NCBI GenBank assembly: GCA_001750925.1
Contig: MAXH01000042.1
Span: forward strand, 1-32,000
Source of the DNA: Desulfobulbaceae bacterium S3730MH12
Lineage (GTDB): Bacteria > Desulfobacterota > Desulfobulbia > Desulfobulbales > Desulfocapsaceae
Length of the DNA: 32,000 nt
Direction of reading: 5' to 3'
Each line of letters opens with the position of its first letter. Within the stretch, counting starts at the first letter, position 1. The position numbers were made by a program, and so were the translations under genes. Shown piece by piece: positions 23,872-32,000 of the stretch. The notes beneath the pieces are model-generated. The model made no database searches, was not told where the DNA came from, and saw only the letters and a list, made by a program, of their open reading frames with translations.

Positions 23872-25149
23872 ATGAAATTTGAAACAAAAGCACTGCACGC
23901 AGGCCAGACCATCGATCAGGATACACTCTCAAGAGCTGTTCCCATATACCGGACAAGTGGCTACATGTTTAAAAACACTGAACATGCGGCGAATCTTTTT
24001 GCCTTAAAAGAGCTTGGCAATATCTACACCAGAATCGGCAATCCAACCCAGGATATCCTGGAGCAGAGGATGGCACAACTTGAAGGCGGCGCAGCAGCCC
24101 TTGCCCTCTCGTCTGGGACTTCCGCGATATTTTATTCCATCATAAATATCTGTGGTCAGGGAGATGAGGTTGTCTCGGCAAACAACCTCTATGGCGGCAC
24201 ATTTTCCCAGTTCGACACGATTTTACCCCAGTTTGGTATAAAGGTACGAATGGTGGATCCTTCTGATCTTGGAAACTTTGAAACAGCAATTACTGAAAAC
24301 ACCAGGGCCCTTTACTGTGAAACTCTCGGTAACCCGGCCCTCAATATGACTGACCTTGAAGGACTGGCAAAAATAGCCCAAAACCATAACCTGCCCCTTA
24401 TCGTCGACTCCACCTTTACACCGCCCTGCATCCTGCGACCAATTGAATATGGCGCTGATATTGTCATTCATTCCCTGACCAAGTGGATTGGTGGACACGG
24501 TACCACCATTGGCGGAATTGTGATCGACAGTGGTAAATTTGACTGGACCGACACCAAGTTTACCCTCTACAACGAACCCGATGAATCATATCATGGCCTC
24601 CGCTATGCCCATGATCTTGGCGACCTGAACCCTGTTGCCTTTGCCCTCCGCATGCGGCTTGTACCCCTCAGAAATCTTGGCGCGTGCATCTCTCCGGACA
24701 ACTGCTGGGCAATCCTGCAGGGAATAGAAACATTGAGTCTGAGAATGGAGCGTCACTGTGAAAATGGTGCTGCAGTAGCCAGCTTTCTCGACAAACACCC
24801 CGGAGTAGACTGGGTGCACTATCCAGGTCTCCCCGGATCTCCCGGTCATGAAAATGCAGTTAAATATCTTGGCGACAGTTTTGGCGGAATGATTGCTTTT
24901 GCCATAAAAGGAGGCCTTGAAGCTGGAAGAAAATTCATAGACTCCCTGGAACTCGTGTCTCATCTTGCAAATGTCGGTGATGCGAAATCTCTTGCCATCC
25001 ACCCTGCCTCCACCACCCACTCGCAGTTATCACCCGAACAGCTGCAGGCTGGCGGGATCGATGAAGGCATGGTTCGACTTTCTATCGGTATTGAGCATAT
25101 CGACGATATAACAGCAGATATCGGCCAGGCAATAGAAAAAACACAATAG
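23872..25149 (+). CDS. metY: O-acetylhomoserine sulfhydrylase (aminocarboxypropyltransferase), PLP-dependent
   Basis: MKFETKALHAGQ N-terminus and PLP-lysine motif HSLTKWIGGHG. About 425 aa. The ATG at 23872 is preceded by AGGAAAGGAAA. The track ORF (from 23626) has an N-terminal extension overlapping the TPR gene. Confidence 0.9.
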   Translation: MKFETKALHAGQTIDQDTLSRAVPIYRTSGYMFKNTEHAANLFALKELGNIYTRIGNPTQDILEQRMAQLEGGAAALALSSGTSAIFYSIINICGQGDEVVSANNLYGGTFSQFDTILPQFGIKVRMVDPSDLGNFETAITENTRALYCETLGNPALNMTDLEGLAKIAQNHNLPLIVDSTFTPPCILRPIEYGADIVIHSLTKWIGGHGTTIGGIVIDSGKFDWTDTKFTLYNEPDESYHGLRYAHDLGDLNPVAFALRMRLVPLRNLGACISPDNCWAILQGIETLSLRMERHCENGAAVASFLDKHPGVDWVHYPGLPGSPGHENAVKYLGDSFGGMIAFAIKGGLEAGRKFIDSLELVSHLANVGDAKSLAIHPASTTHSQLSPEQLQAGGIDEGMVRLSIGIEHIDDITADIGQAIEKTQ

Positions 25150-25162
25150 TTTAACAAAACAG

Positions 25163-26320
25163 ATGACCCTGGAAACCAGCCATAGCCGCTCTTCAGTTGG
25201 TATAGTCGAAAAACAATACTATACCTTTGCCCACCCTCCCGAGCTGCTGGTACTTGAAAACGGAGCTGAATTCGGGCCGGTGACCATCGCCTATGAAACC
25301 TACGGCACCCTTGCCGAAGATAAAAGCAATGCCATACTCGTAGCCCATGCATTTTCAGGCGATTCCCATGTCGCCGGCTACTACAGGGACGATATCGAAG
25401 ACGAAAAGCCCGGATGGTGGGATTCGATGGTCGGGCCGGGAAAAGGCATCGACACAGACAAATACTTTGTTATCTGTGCCAACATTCTTGGCAGTTGTAT
25501 GGGCTCAACAGGGCCAGGTTCTCCTAACCCGGAAACCAGCGACCCATATGGACTCGATTTTCCCATGGTGACCATCGGTGATATGGTGAACGCCCAAAAA
25601 GCACTTCTGGACTCTCTTGGTATCGAGAGGATCCACGCAGTGGTGGGTGGTTCCATAGGCGGCATGCAGGTTCTCCAGTGGTGTGTTCGGTTTCCGGAGA
25701 TGGTTCGGTGTGCAATTCCGATAGCAACAACAATGCGCCATTCAGCCCTGGCGATAGCCTTTAATGAGATTGCCAGGCAGTCGATCATGGCGGATCCAAA
25801 CTGGAACAACGGCAACTACTATGGAGGATCCAGGCCGGATATGGGCCTTGCCGTTGCCCGAATGGTCGGTCATGTCACATATCTCTCCGATGAGGCGATG
25901 CGGCGAAAATTTGGCAGACGACTGCAGGATAAGGAAACTTTTTCTTTTGGTTTTAATGCCGATTTCCAGGTTGAAAGCTACCTCCGTCACCAGGGAATTA
26001 AATTTGTAAACCGCTTTGATGCCAATTCCCTGCTCTATATTACCAAGGCTGCAGACTACTTTGATGTTGTAGAGAGTATGAATAAATCAGGCCCGGCAAA
26101 CGACACCCGGCAGAATAAAATAAAATATCTTATCGTTTCCTATACTTCCGACTGGCTTTACCCGACATACCAGGCAAAAGAGCTGGTAAAAACCTTAAAA
26201 CGTACCGGCCAGGATGTAAGCTTCTGCGAAATTGAGGCGGACTGCGGACATGACGCCTTTCTCATCCCCGATGACCGGCTCAGCAAACTTATTGGGGGGT
26301 TCCTCAATGGTACTGCCTGA
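25163..26320 (+). CDS. metX: homoserine O-acetyltransferase
   Basis: Alpha/beta hydrolase with the nucleophile elbow GGSIGGMQ. N-terminal SVGIVEKQYYTF...LENG pattern and C-terminal GHDAFL. 385 aa. Confidence 0.9.
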   Translation: MTLETSHSRSSVGIVEKQYYTFAHPPELLVLENGAEFGPVTIAYETYGTLAEDKSNAILVAHAFSGDSHVAGYYRDDIEDEKPGWWDSMVGPGKGIDTDKYFVICANILGSCMGSTGPGSPNPETSDPYGLDFPMVTIGDMVNAQKALLDSLGIERIHAVVGGSIGGMQVLQWCVRFPEMVRCAIPIATTMRHSALAIAFNEIARQSIMADPNWNNGNYYGGSRPDMGLAVARMVGHVTYLSDEAMRRKFGRRLQDKETFSFGFNADFQVESYLRHQGIKFVNRFDANSLLYITKAADYFDVVESMNKSGPANDTRQNKIKYLIVSYTSDWLYPTYQAKELVKTLKRTGQDVSFCEIEADCGHDAFLIPDDRLSKLIGGFLNGTA

Positions 26321-26930
26321 TTCAGAGAAAATTCGCTTTGACCTTCAGATTATCGGTTCCACTATCGAGCCGGAGAGCAGGGTACTTGATCTTGGATGCG
26401 GCAATGGTGACCTGCTCGCCTGGCTTGAAACACATAAAGGTGTACAGTGTACCGGAATTGAGCAGGACAAGGAAAAGGCTGCTCACTGTATCGCCAGGGG
26501 ACTAAGCGTGCTGCAGGGAGACTTGAGTGAAGAAGTGGAGGACTATCCTACCTGCAGTTTCGACTATGTAATCCTCAGCCAGACCCTGCAGCAGGTATAT
26601 GAACCAGCACAGTTACTCAAATCCCTCTCCAGGATCGGCAGAAAAGTTATTGTCAGTTTTCCAAATTTCAGTCATTACACCATCAGGCTGAAACTTCTGT
26701 TCGCCGGATGTGCACCAAAAAACGATCAGCTCCCCTATTCCTGGTACGACACTCCCAACATCCGGGTTATTACCTTGAAAGATTTCAGGAAATTCTCCAG
26801 TGATGTGGGCTATACCATTGTGAATGAGATAGCCGTCAACACCAACCCTGCAAACAGTAAAGGGAATGTTGTCCATCTTTTGACAGACCTCCGTGCAACA
26901 TACGGCATTTTTGTCATCGAAAAATCATAA
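26307..26930 (+). CDS. metW: methionine biosynthesis protein MetW (SAM-MTase-fold partner of MetX)
   Basis: [12 protein letters not shown] motif. About 207 aa and immediately follows metX. The ATG at 26307 overlaps the metX end by 14 nt; the track start at 26232 lies inside metX. Confidence 0.85.
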   Translation: MVLPDSEKIRFDLQIIGSTIEPESRVLDLGCGNGDLLAWLETHKGVQCTGIEQDKEKAAHCIARGLSVLQGDLSEEVEDYPTCSFDYVILSQTLQQVYEPAQLLKSLSRIGRKVIVSFPNFSHYTIRLKLLFAGCAPKNDQLPYSWYDTPNIRVITLKDFRKFSSDVGYTIVNEIAVNTNPANSKGNVVHLLTDLRATYGIFVIEKS

Positions 26931-26952
26931 TTATTCAGCACCAGGAAAAACC

Positions 26953-27930
26953 ATGGTTCAACAAATAAGACCCATTTCAGAGACAGTTTTTTCTCCCCCC
27001 CTGTGCGATCACGTTCTTACCTCCAATGCCAGTCGACACGATAAAGTCCCTGGAGTGGTAAAAGAATTACTGACCTCATGGAGCACCAAAGAATGCTTTA
27101 ACCATATAAGCCCTGTATCAATTCCTTCCCAGGAAAAAATTGTGGAAATTGTCCTCCAGGCACGGCGCATTCTCTTTCCCGGGTATTTCACCAGGACAAA
27201 ACTCCATGCTGCCAATCTCGAATATTATATCGGCAAACAGACTACCGACTTATATGACAAAGCTGCCGAACAGATTACCATGGCTATCCGCCATGACTGC
27301 AGAAGAAACGAACTGGACTGTACCAACTGCGATGAACAGAGCCACCGTAAGGCCCTGGCATTTATTGAATCTCTGCCTCAAATTGCGGCAACCATGGCAA
27401 CAGACATTCGGGCTACTCTGGATGGCGACCCGGCGACCAGCAGTCCTGATGAGGTGATTTTCTGCTACCCCGGTCTTCTGGCAACTCTCACCTTCCGTCT
27501 GGCCCATGAACTGTATTTGCTTAATATTCCTGTAATTCCCCGGATCATGACGGAATATGCCCACAGTTTGACAGGTATTGACATCCACCCGGGTGCAACT
27601 ATTGGCCCCGGTTTTTTCATCGATCATGGCACGGGGGTTGTCATTGGAGAAACCACGATCATCGGCAAAAATGTTCGCATCTATCAGGGAGTCACCCTGG
27701 GTGCATTGTCTCTGCCACACGATGCAGGCGAAAAAATGCGCAACAAGAAACGTCATCCAACCATTGAAGACAACGTTATTGTCTACTCCAATACCACGAT
27801 CCTTGGCGGTAAAACAATCATCGGCAAAGGATCAATTATTGGCGGTAATATCTGGATCACAGAGAGTGTGGCCACCGGTACAAAAGTACTGCTGAAACGC
27901 CCCGAACTGATCTATTCCAATTCACAATAG
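26953..27930 (+). CDS. cysE: serine O-acetyltransferase
   Basis: Left-handed beta-helix hexapeptide repeats [43 protein letters not shown]. The ATG at 26953 is preceded by AGGA. The N-terminal region is longer than in E. coli CysE. Confidence 0.88.
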   Translation: MVQQIRPISETVFSPPLCDHVLTSNASRHDKVPGVVKELLTSWSTKECFNHISPVSIPSQEKIVEIVLQARRILFPGYFTRTKLHAANLEYYIGKQTTDLYDKAAEQITMAIRHDCRRNELDCTNCDEQSHRKALAFIESLPQIAATMATDIRATLDGDPATSSPDEVIFCYPGLLATLTFRLAHELYLLNIPVIPRIMTEYAHSLTGIDIHPGATIGPGFFIDHGTGVVIGETTIIGKNVRIYQGVTLGALSLPHDAGEKMRNKKRHPTIEDNVIVYSNTTILGGKTIIGKGSIIGGNIWITESVATGTKVLLKRPELIYSNSQ

Positions 27931-27970
27931 CATCAACATACAAACTTTTAAAAATATAGAGGTTATTCCT

Positions 27971-28888
27971 ATGGTTACAAGTCTAACAGCAAGCTTTGGC
28001 AACACCCCTCTTCTATCTCTTGACAACTTTTCAGCCGGAACCGGCGCTCTCATTCTCGGAAAACAGGAGTCGAGAAACCCGATGGGCAGCGTCAAATGCC
28101 GTATCGCAGTTTCCATGATTGAAACTGCAGAAAACGAAGGTCTTATTAATGAAAATACCACTATTATTGAACCGACAAGTGGCAATACCGGACTTGGACT
28201 GGCATTTGTCTGCGCTGCCAGAAGTCTCAAATTGATCCTTACCATGCCGGAGAGCATGAGTATCGAACGTAGACAACTGCTCAAACATCTTGGAGCAGAA
28301 CTGGTACTCACCCCAGCTGCTGACGGGATTAAAGGTACAATCGCTGCAGCCGAGCAACTCCTGGCAGATACTCCCGACAGCTTTATGCCAAATCAGTTTC
28401 AAAACCCGGCAAACCCTGAAGTTCACAGGAGAACTACGGCAGAGGAAATCTGGAGAGATACTGACGGTAAGATCGATATCTTTGTTGCCGGCGTTGGCAC
28501 CGGCGGCACCATTACCGGTGTATCCGAAGTACTGAAAGCCAGAAATCCGAACATGAAAACCATTGCTGTGGAACCCCAAGATTCTCCGATCCTGTCAGGA
28601 GGGAAACCGGGACCACACAAGATTCAAGGTATCGGTGCCGGTTTTATACCAGCTGTTCTCAACACAGACATTATTGATGAAGTGATTACTGTAAGCAACG
28701 ATGATGCCTTTGCCACTGCAAGAGAACTTGCAACCCGTGAAGGAGTGCTCTGCGGGATTTCCAGCGGGGCAGCAGCATGGGCTGCCAGGCAGGTAGCAAA
28801 GAGACCTGAAAATGCGGATAAAAAAATCGTGGTTATTTTACCTGATACCGGCGAGAGGTACTTAAGTACTCCACTGGTGGATGAATAG
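27971..28888 (+). CDS. cysK: cysteine synthase A (O-acetylserine sulfhydrylase)
   Basis: PLP-lysine GSVKCR, and the motifs [17 protein letters not shown] and GISSGAA. 305 aa with an AGAGG RBS. Confidence 0.92.
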   Translation: MVTSLTASFGNTPLLSLDNFSAGTGALILGKQESRNPMGSVKCRIAVSMIETAENEGLINENTTIIEPTSGNTGLGLAFVCAARSLKLILTMPESMSIERRQLLKHLGAELVLTPAADGIKGTIAAAEQLLADTPDSFMPNQFQNPANPEVHRRTTAEEIWRDTDGKIDIFVAGVGTGGTITGVSEVLKARNPNMKTIAVEPQDSPILSGGKPGPHKIQGIGAGFIPAVLNTDIIDEVITVSNDDAFATARELATREGVLCGISSGAAAWAARQVAKRPENADKKIVVILPDTGERYLSTPLVDE

Positions 28889-28940
28889 CACAAGCTTTAT
28901 GGTATAATTTGTCCCTGCCCCGCAAAAGATTGCTCTGAGG

Positions 28941-30632
28941 CTATTCCTGGGAAACCCGAACCACCTCTTCGACGGTGGTTATACCCTGAAGAACCTTCAT
29001 CGCACCATCCCGGCGCAGGGTAATCATACCATTCTCTACGGCTTGCTTTTTTATCTGATTAGCATCAGAGGTATGCAGAACAAGGGACTTCATCTCCTGA
29101 TTCATCAGAAGCAGCTCAAATATTCCACACCTCCCCTTATATCCTGTCTGGTGACAACTGGCACACCCCCTGCCACGATGTACTTTCTGACCGCGGCTCT
29201 CCTCCTCTGTCAGGCCAATACGTTTGAGCTCCTCTACATCAGCTGTATACTCTTCACTGCAGTCGGAACAGATCATTCGTACCAGCCTTTGCGCCAAAAT
29301 CGCATTAATCGACGAGGCTATCAGAAAAGGCTCAATCCCCATATCCCGCAGACGGGTTATAGCACTTGCAGAATCATTGGTGTGCAAAGTTGAAAATACA
29401 AGGTGACCTGTCAGGGCTGATTGTATGGCAATCTCCGCAGTTTCGGTATCCCGAATTTCACCCACCAGGATAACATCGGGATCCTGTCGTACAATTGACC
29501 TGAGCCCCGAGGCAAAGGTGAGATCAATCCTGGGATTGATCTGTACCTGACCTATACCGCTTATCCGGTATTCAATGGGATCTTCAATTGTGATTATATT
29601 AATATCAGTATTGTTAATTGAGGAAAGAGCAGCATAGAGGGTTGTCGTCTTCCCCGAACCTGTCGGTCCTGTAACCAGGACAATGCCGTTGGCCGCCTTA
29701 ATCTCCTTCTCAAACGGCGCAAAACGGTCATCCGGCATCCCGAGATCAGTCAAAGGGATAAGCACTGATGATTTTTTCAGTAGACGGAGAACCACCCGCT
29801 CGCCAAATGCCGTGGGAAGAGTTGAAACCCGAACGTCAATCTCCTTATCTGCAACTTTCAACTCAATTCGACCATCCTGAGGCAGTCTCTTCTGATCGAT
29901 ATTAAGTTTGGCCATGATCTTTACCCTGGAGATAAGAGCTGCCTGCACATGTTTTGGAGGGCTGATCATATCGTAAAGAATGCCATCCAGTCTCTGTCTT
30001 ATCTTCAGGCTGTTCTGGTACGGTTCAATATGTATATCCGACGCATCATCCCTGACGGCTTGAGAGAACATCAGATTTACCAGGCGAATAACAGGAGAGT
30101 CACTGGTATCATCCAGAAGATCATCGATCTCTTCCATCTCAGAATACAATCTCTCCGGATCTTCATCGTCTATATCCTGCATAACCACATCCGCCGAGGA
30201 CTGGGTCATATCATAACTATAGTTGATGGCGTTGAGAATTGGCTGGGCCGGCACCAGAACAGATCTACGTTCCCGGCCCTGCCTGTCCAGGAGTCTGTGC
30301 AAATCGTCAAGGGGTTGAAAAAGGAAAGGGTCATTCATTGCAACATAGTGCTCTTCCCCGGCATCTATGGGCACCATCTTATTATTTTTGAGAAAACTGA
30401 TAGGTATTTTTTCGGCAAAATCGGTCTGGATATCGGCTGGTAAGCTCTTATAAACCTCCATATCAAAATGCTTACCAAGGGCGCGGAGAAGATCGATCTC
30501 ATCCACATCACCATTTTTGATGAGGATTTCTCCCAAACGACCACCGCTTTCTGCCTGCTTCTCAAGCGCCTTCTCAAGAGCATCGACAGAAAGACCACAG
30601 TCATTAATCAATATTTCGCCAATTTTTTCCAT
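28941..30632 (-). CDS. gspE: type II secretion / type IV pilus-type assembly ATPase (GspE family)
   Basis: Walker A GPTGSGKTTT, Walker B/Asp box ILVGEIRD, His box GHLVFSTLHTND and the tetracysteine CSDC...CASC. Has an N-terminal T2SS-E N domain. The ATG at 30632 was chosen; the track start at 30647 is a TTG. Confidence 0.88.
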   Translation of the reverse strand: MEKIGEILINDCGLSVDALEKALEKQAESGGRLGEILIKNGDVDEIDLLRALGKHFDMEVYKSLPADIQTDFAEKIPISFLKNNKMVPIDAGEEHYVAMNDPFLFQPLDDLHRLLDRQGRERRSVLVPAQPILNAINYSYDMTQSSADVVMQDIDDEDPERLYSEMEEIDDLLDDTSDSPVIRLVNLMFSQAVRDDASDIHIEPYQNSLKIRQRLDGILYDMISPPKHVQAALISRVKIMAKLNIDQKRLPQDGRIELKVADKEIDVRVSTLPTAFGERVVLRLLKKSSVLIPLTDLGMPDDRFAPFEKEIKAANGIVLVTGPTGSGKTTTLYAALSSINNTDINIITIEDPIEYRISGIGQVQINPRIDLTFASGLRSIVRQDPDVILVGEIRDTETAEIAIQSALTGHLVFSTLHTNDSASAITRLRDMGIEPFLIASSINAILAQRLVRMICSDCSEEYTADVEELKRIGLTEEESRGQKVHRGRGCASCHQTGYKGRCGIFELLLMNQEMKSLVLHTSDANQIKKQAVENGMITLRRDGAMKVLQGITTVEEVVRVSQE

Positions 30633-30686
30633 ATTAATCAACAGCAAATCACTGAATACCTGCAGCTATCTTCACAATATCAGAGA

Positions 30687-30704
30687 GTTTATATGAAAGT
30701 CATG
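30687..30704. repeat. copy 2 of an exact 18-nt repeat GTTTATATGAAAGTCATG
   Basis: Identical to 6788..6805. Lies in the gspD-gspE intergenic gap, 55 nt upstream of the gspE ATG on the minus strand. Confidence 0.9.
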
Positions 30705-30744
30705 TGTAATTTGGAAGGAGAGGGATTCGGAGTGGTGTGGGCCA

Positions 30745-32000
30745 CTAATTATTCCCCTTTATTCTATCAATATTATCCTGAGCTATCTCTACAAGAAGAG
30801 AGCCGTTCCTCTCCGTATTATTTGATTCAGCCGCAACTTCAGTTGTACCGACATTAATCACCGCCTGATACATCTCCAGAGCTTTTTCCGTATCGCCTTC
30901 CTTCTCAGAGACAACACCCATATTCATCAGGGCAAAGGGGTTCTCAGGATTAATATCCAGGGCTTCAAGGAAATAGTTTTTTGCCTCCTGGGGATATCCC
31001 GCCGTCAACTTCTCATATCCGATGATTGTCAATTTCGTTGAGTGCTCCGGATTAACTTCTTTATGGAGTTCTCGCTCTACAGCCGGCAAAACAGTACCCA
31101 TATTATCTTCTTTCTCCAGGGTCACTGCGGCCAGATCGGCTGGGTTTTTGATGATACGGGCAGTAACAAAGATAAACATATTGGTCTTGACACTTGAATT
31201 AGTATGGGTCTTAAACAACCAGCCAAGCAATGGAATATCTCCCAGAAGAGGAATCTTTCCCTCTCCCTCCGTAGCATCCTGACCAATAATACCACCTATA
31301 ACAACCGTATCACCATCACTAACAATAACAGTTGTTTCTGCAGTTCTCTTAAACGTTGTCGGACGAAAACGATCAACTGCACTGCCCGCCTTCAGTTTCA
31401 CCACCTCGGTCGCGATTTCCAGACGCAGGGTATTTGCCTGATTAATATGGGGAGTTATCGCAAGTTTAGTCGAAACATCCTTGTACTCATATGTAGTATA
31501 ATCCTGCTCACTTGCATTTGTATTTTGACTGGTAATATAGGGTACGTTCTCACCAACACTTATCTCAGCTTTTTTATTATCCGTAGTCAAAATTTGAGGA
31601 GTTGAGATGATATTAATAGCTGAGTCAGTTGCATATGCATTGAGTACCGCGGCAATATCGGGAAAGACAACCCCCCCAATCTTTATCCCCTGTTTCAGGA
31701 CTCCCAGGGAAAATCCATCAGGTAATCCCCCCAACAGGCCCGTAAGGCCATCGCCAATATTCCCTCCTATAATACCGCCAACTGAATCAAGACCGGAATT
31801 GGTTCTAAAACCGGTAGCAAGACGTCCTGTTCCATCAGCAAAAGTGCCGCCGCCGGCCCACTGTACACCAACCTCAAAAGTCTCATCCGTATCCACTTCC
31901 ATGATGAGCGCTTCCAGGTACACCATCCTCCGTGGAATATCGAGTTTCTTGATTACATTTTCCAGAACAGCATACTCATCCCGGGTTGCAGTAATAATCA
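30745..32000 (-). CDS. gspD: type II secretion system secretin (GspD family), C-terminal part; gene continues past the right edge
   Basis: The reading frame stays open upstream of the track's Met at 31926 (…IITATRDEYAVLENVIKKLDIPRRMVYLEALIMEV). Secretin core motifs are present: IISTPQILTTDNKKAEISVG, TVVIGGII, KIPLLGDIPLLGWLF and NMFIFVTARII. About 134 extra C-terminal residues include a TPR-like unit. Confidence 0.88.
   Translation of the reverse strand, partial: IITATRDEYAVLENVIKKLDIPRRMVYLEALIMEVDTDETFEVGVQWAGGGTFADGTGRLATGFRTNSGLDSVGGIIGGNIGDGLTGLLGGLPDGFSLGVLKQGIKIGGVVFPDIAAVLNAYATDSAINIISTPQILTTDNKKAEISVGENVPYITSQNTNASEQDYTTYEYKDVSTKLAITPHINQANTLRLEIATEVVKLKAGSAVDRFRPTTFKRTAETTVIVSDGDTVVIGGIIGQDATEGEGKIPLLGDIPLLGWLFKTHTNSSVKTNMFIFVTARIIKNPADLAAVTLEKEDNMGTVLPAVERELHKEVNPEHSTKLTIIGYEKLTAGYPQEAKNYFLEALDINPENPFALMNMGVVSEKEGDTEKALEMYQAVINVGTTEVAAESNNTERNGSLLVEIAQDNIDRIKGNN

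Noticed and set aside
24586-28579. Minus-strand ORFs within metY, metX, cysE and cysK (e.g. 24586..25020, 25381..25815, 27250..27756, 28031..28579)
   Set aside because: They are antisense to well-supported housekeeping genes. No motifs.
28889-28940. Terminator between the convergent cysK and gspE genes
   Set aside because: No stable GC-rich hairpin or T-run found by eye.
31924-31926. Apparent Met start of the secretin ORF at 31926
   Set aside because: The frame is open to the window edge, and the upstream residues (…KKLDIPRRMVYLEALIMEV) are conserved secretin sequence. The gene is truncated by the window, and this Met is internal.
1-32000. CRISPR arrays, IS/transposase, integrase, phage, toxin-antitoxin or defence genes; in-frame TGA selenocysteine candidates
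   Set aside because: No spaced direct repeats, no terminal inverted repeats, and no ORFs with recombinase or nuclease motifs were seen. All large genes are intact single ORFs, with no split that an in-frame TGA would bridge.

Overview
Bacterial chromosomal window with moderate GC. Gene content fits a Desulfobacterota (Desulfobulbales-type) genome, but that is a guess I cannot verify without a search.

Positions 1-20294 form one densely packed, divergently transcribed lipid/polyketide-type biosynthetic cluster, open at the left edge. It combines several modules:
- An aryl-polyene (APE)-like type II PKS/FAS core: 3 ACPs, a fused KS-CLF, a second KS, 2 hot-dog dehydratases, a FabG-type ketoreductase and an AMP-ligase.
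- A lipid-anchoring and outer-membrane module: GT2, an LpxL-like acyltransferase, a PlsC-like acyltransferase, a LolA-like protein and a lipoprotein.
- An unusual tailoring set: five radical-SAM enzymes (three with B12-binding domains, one SPASM/twitch type, one truncated by the window edge), a CrtI/RetSat-like flavoenzyme, an ICMT-type membrane methyltransferase and a Dak2-DegV (FakA/FakB-like) fusion.

No enoyl reductase, thioesterase or exporter is visible. This orphan cluster is the main item of interest; its product cannot be deduced from sequence.

The remaining ~12 kb looks like housekeeping: glgP, a membrane-anchored TPR protein, a contiguous sulfur amino-acid block (metY-metX-metW-cysE-cysK), and the end of a type II secretion locus (gspD with a C-terminal TPR extension, then gspE).

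I saw no rRNA, tRNA, CRISPR array, IS element or integrase. All calls rest on by-eye motif recognition in the supplied ORF translations and on manual start-codon inspection. No homology search was run.
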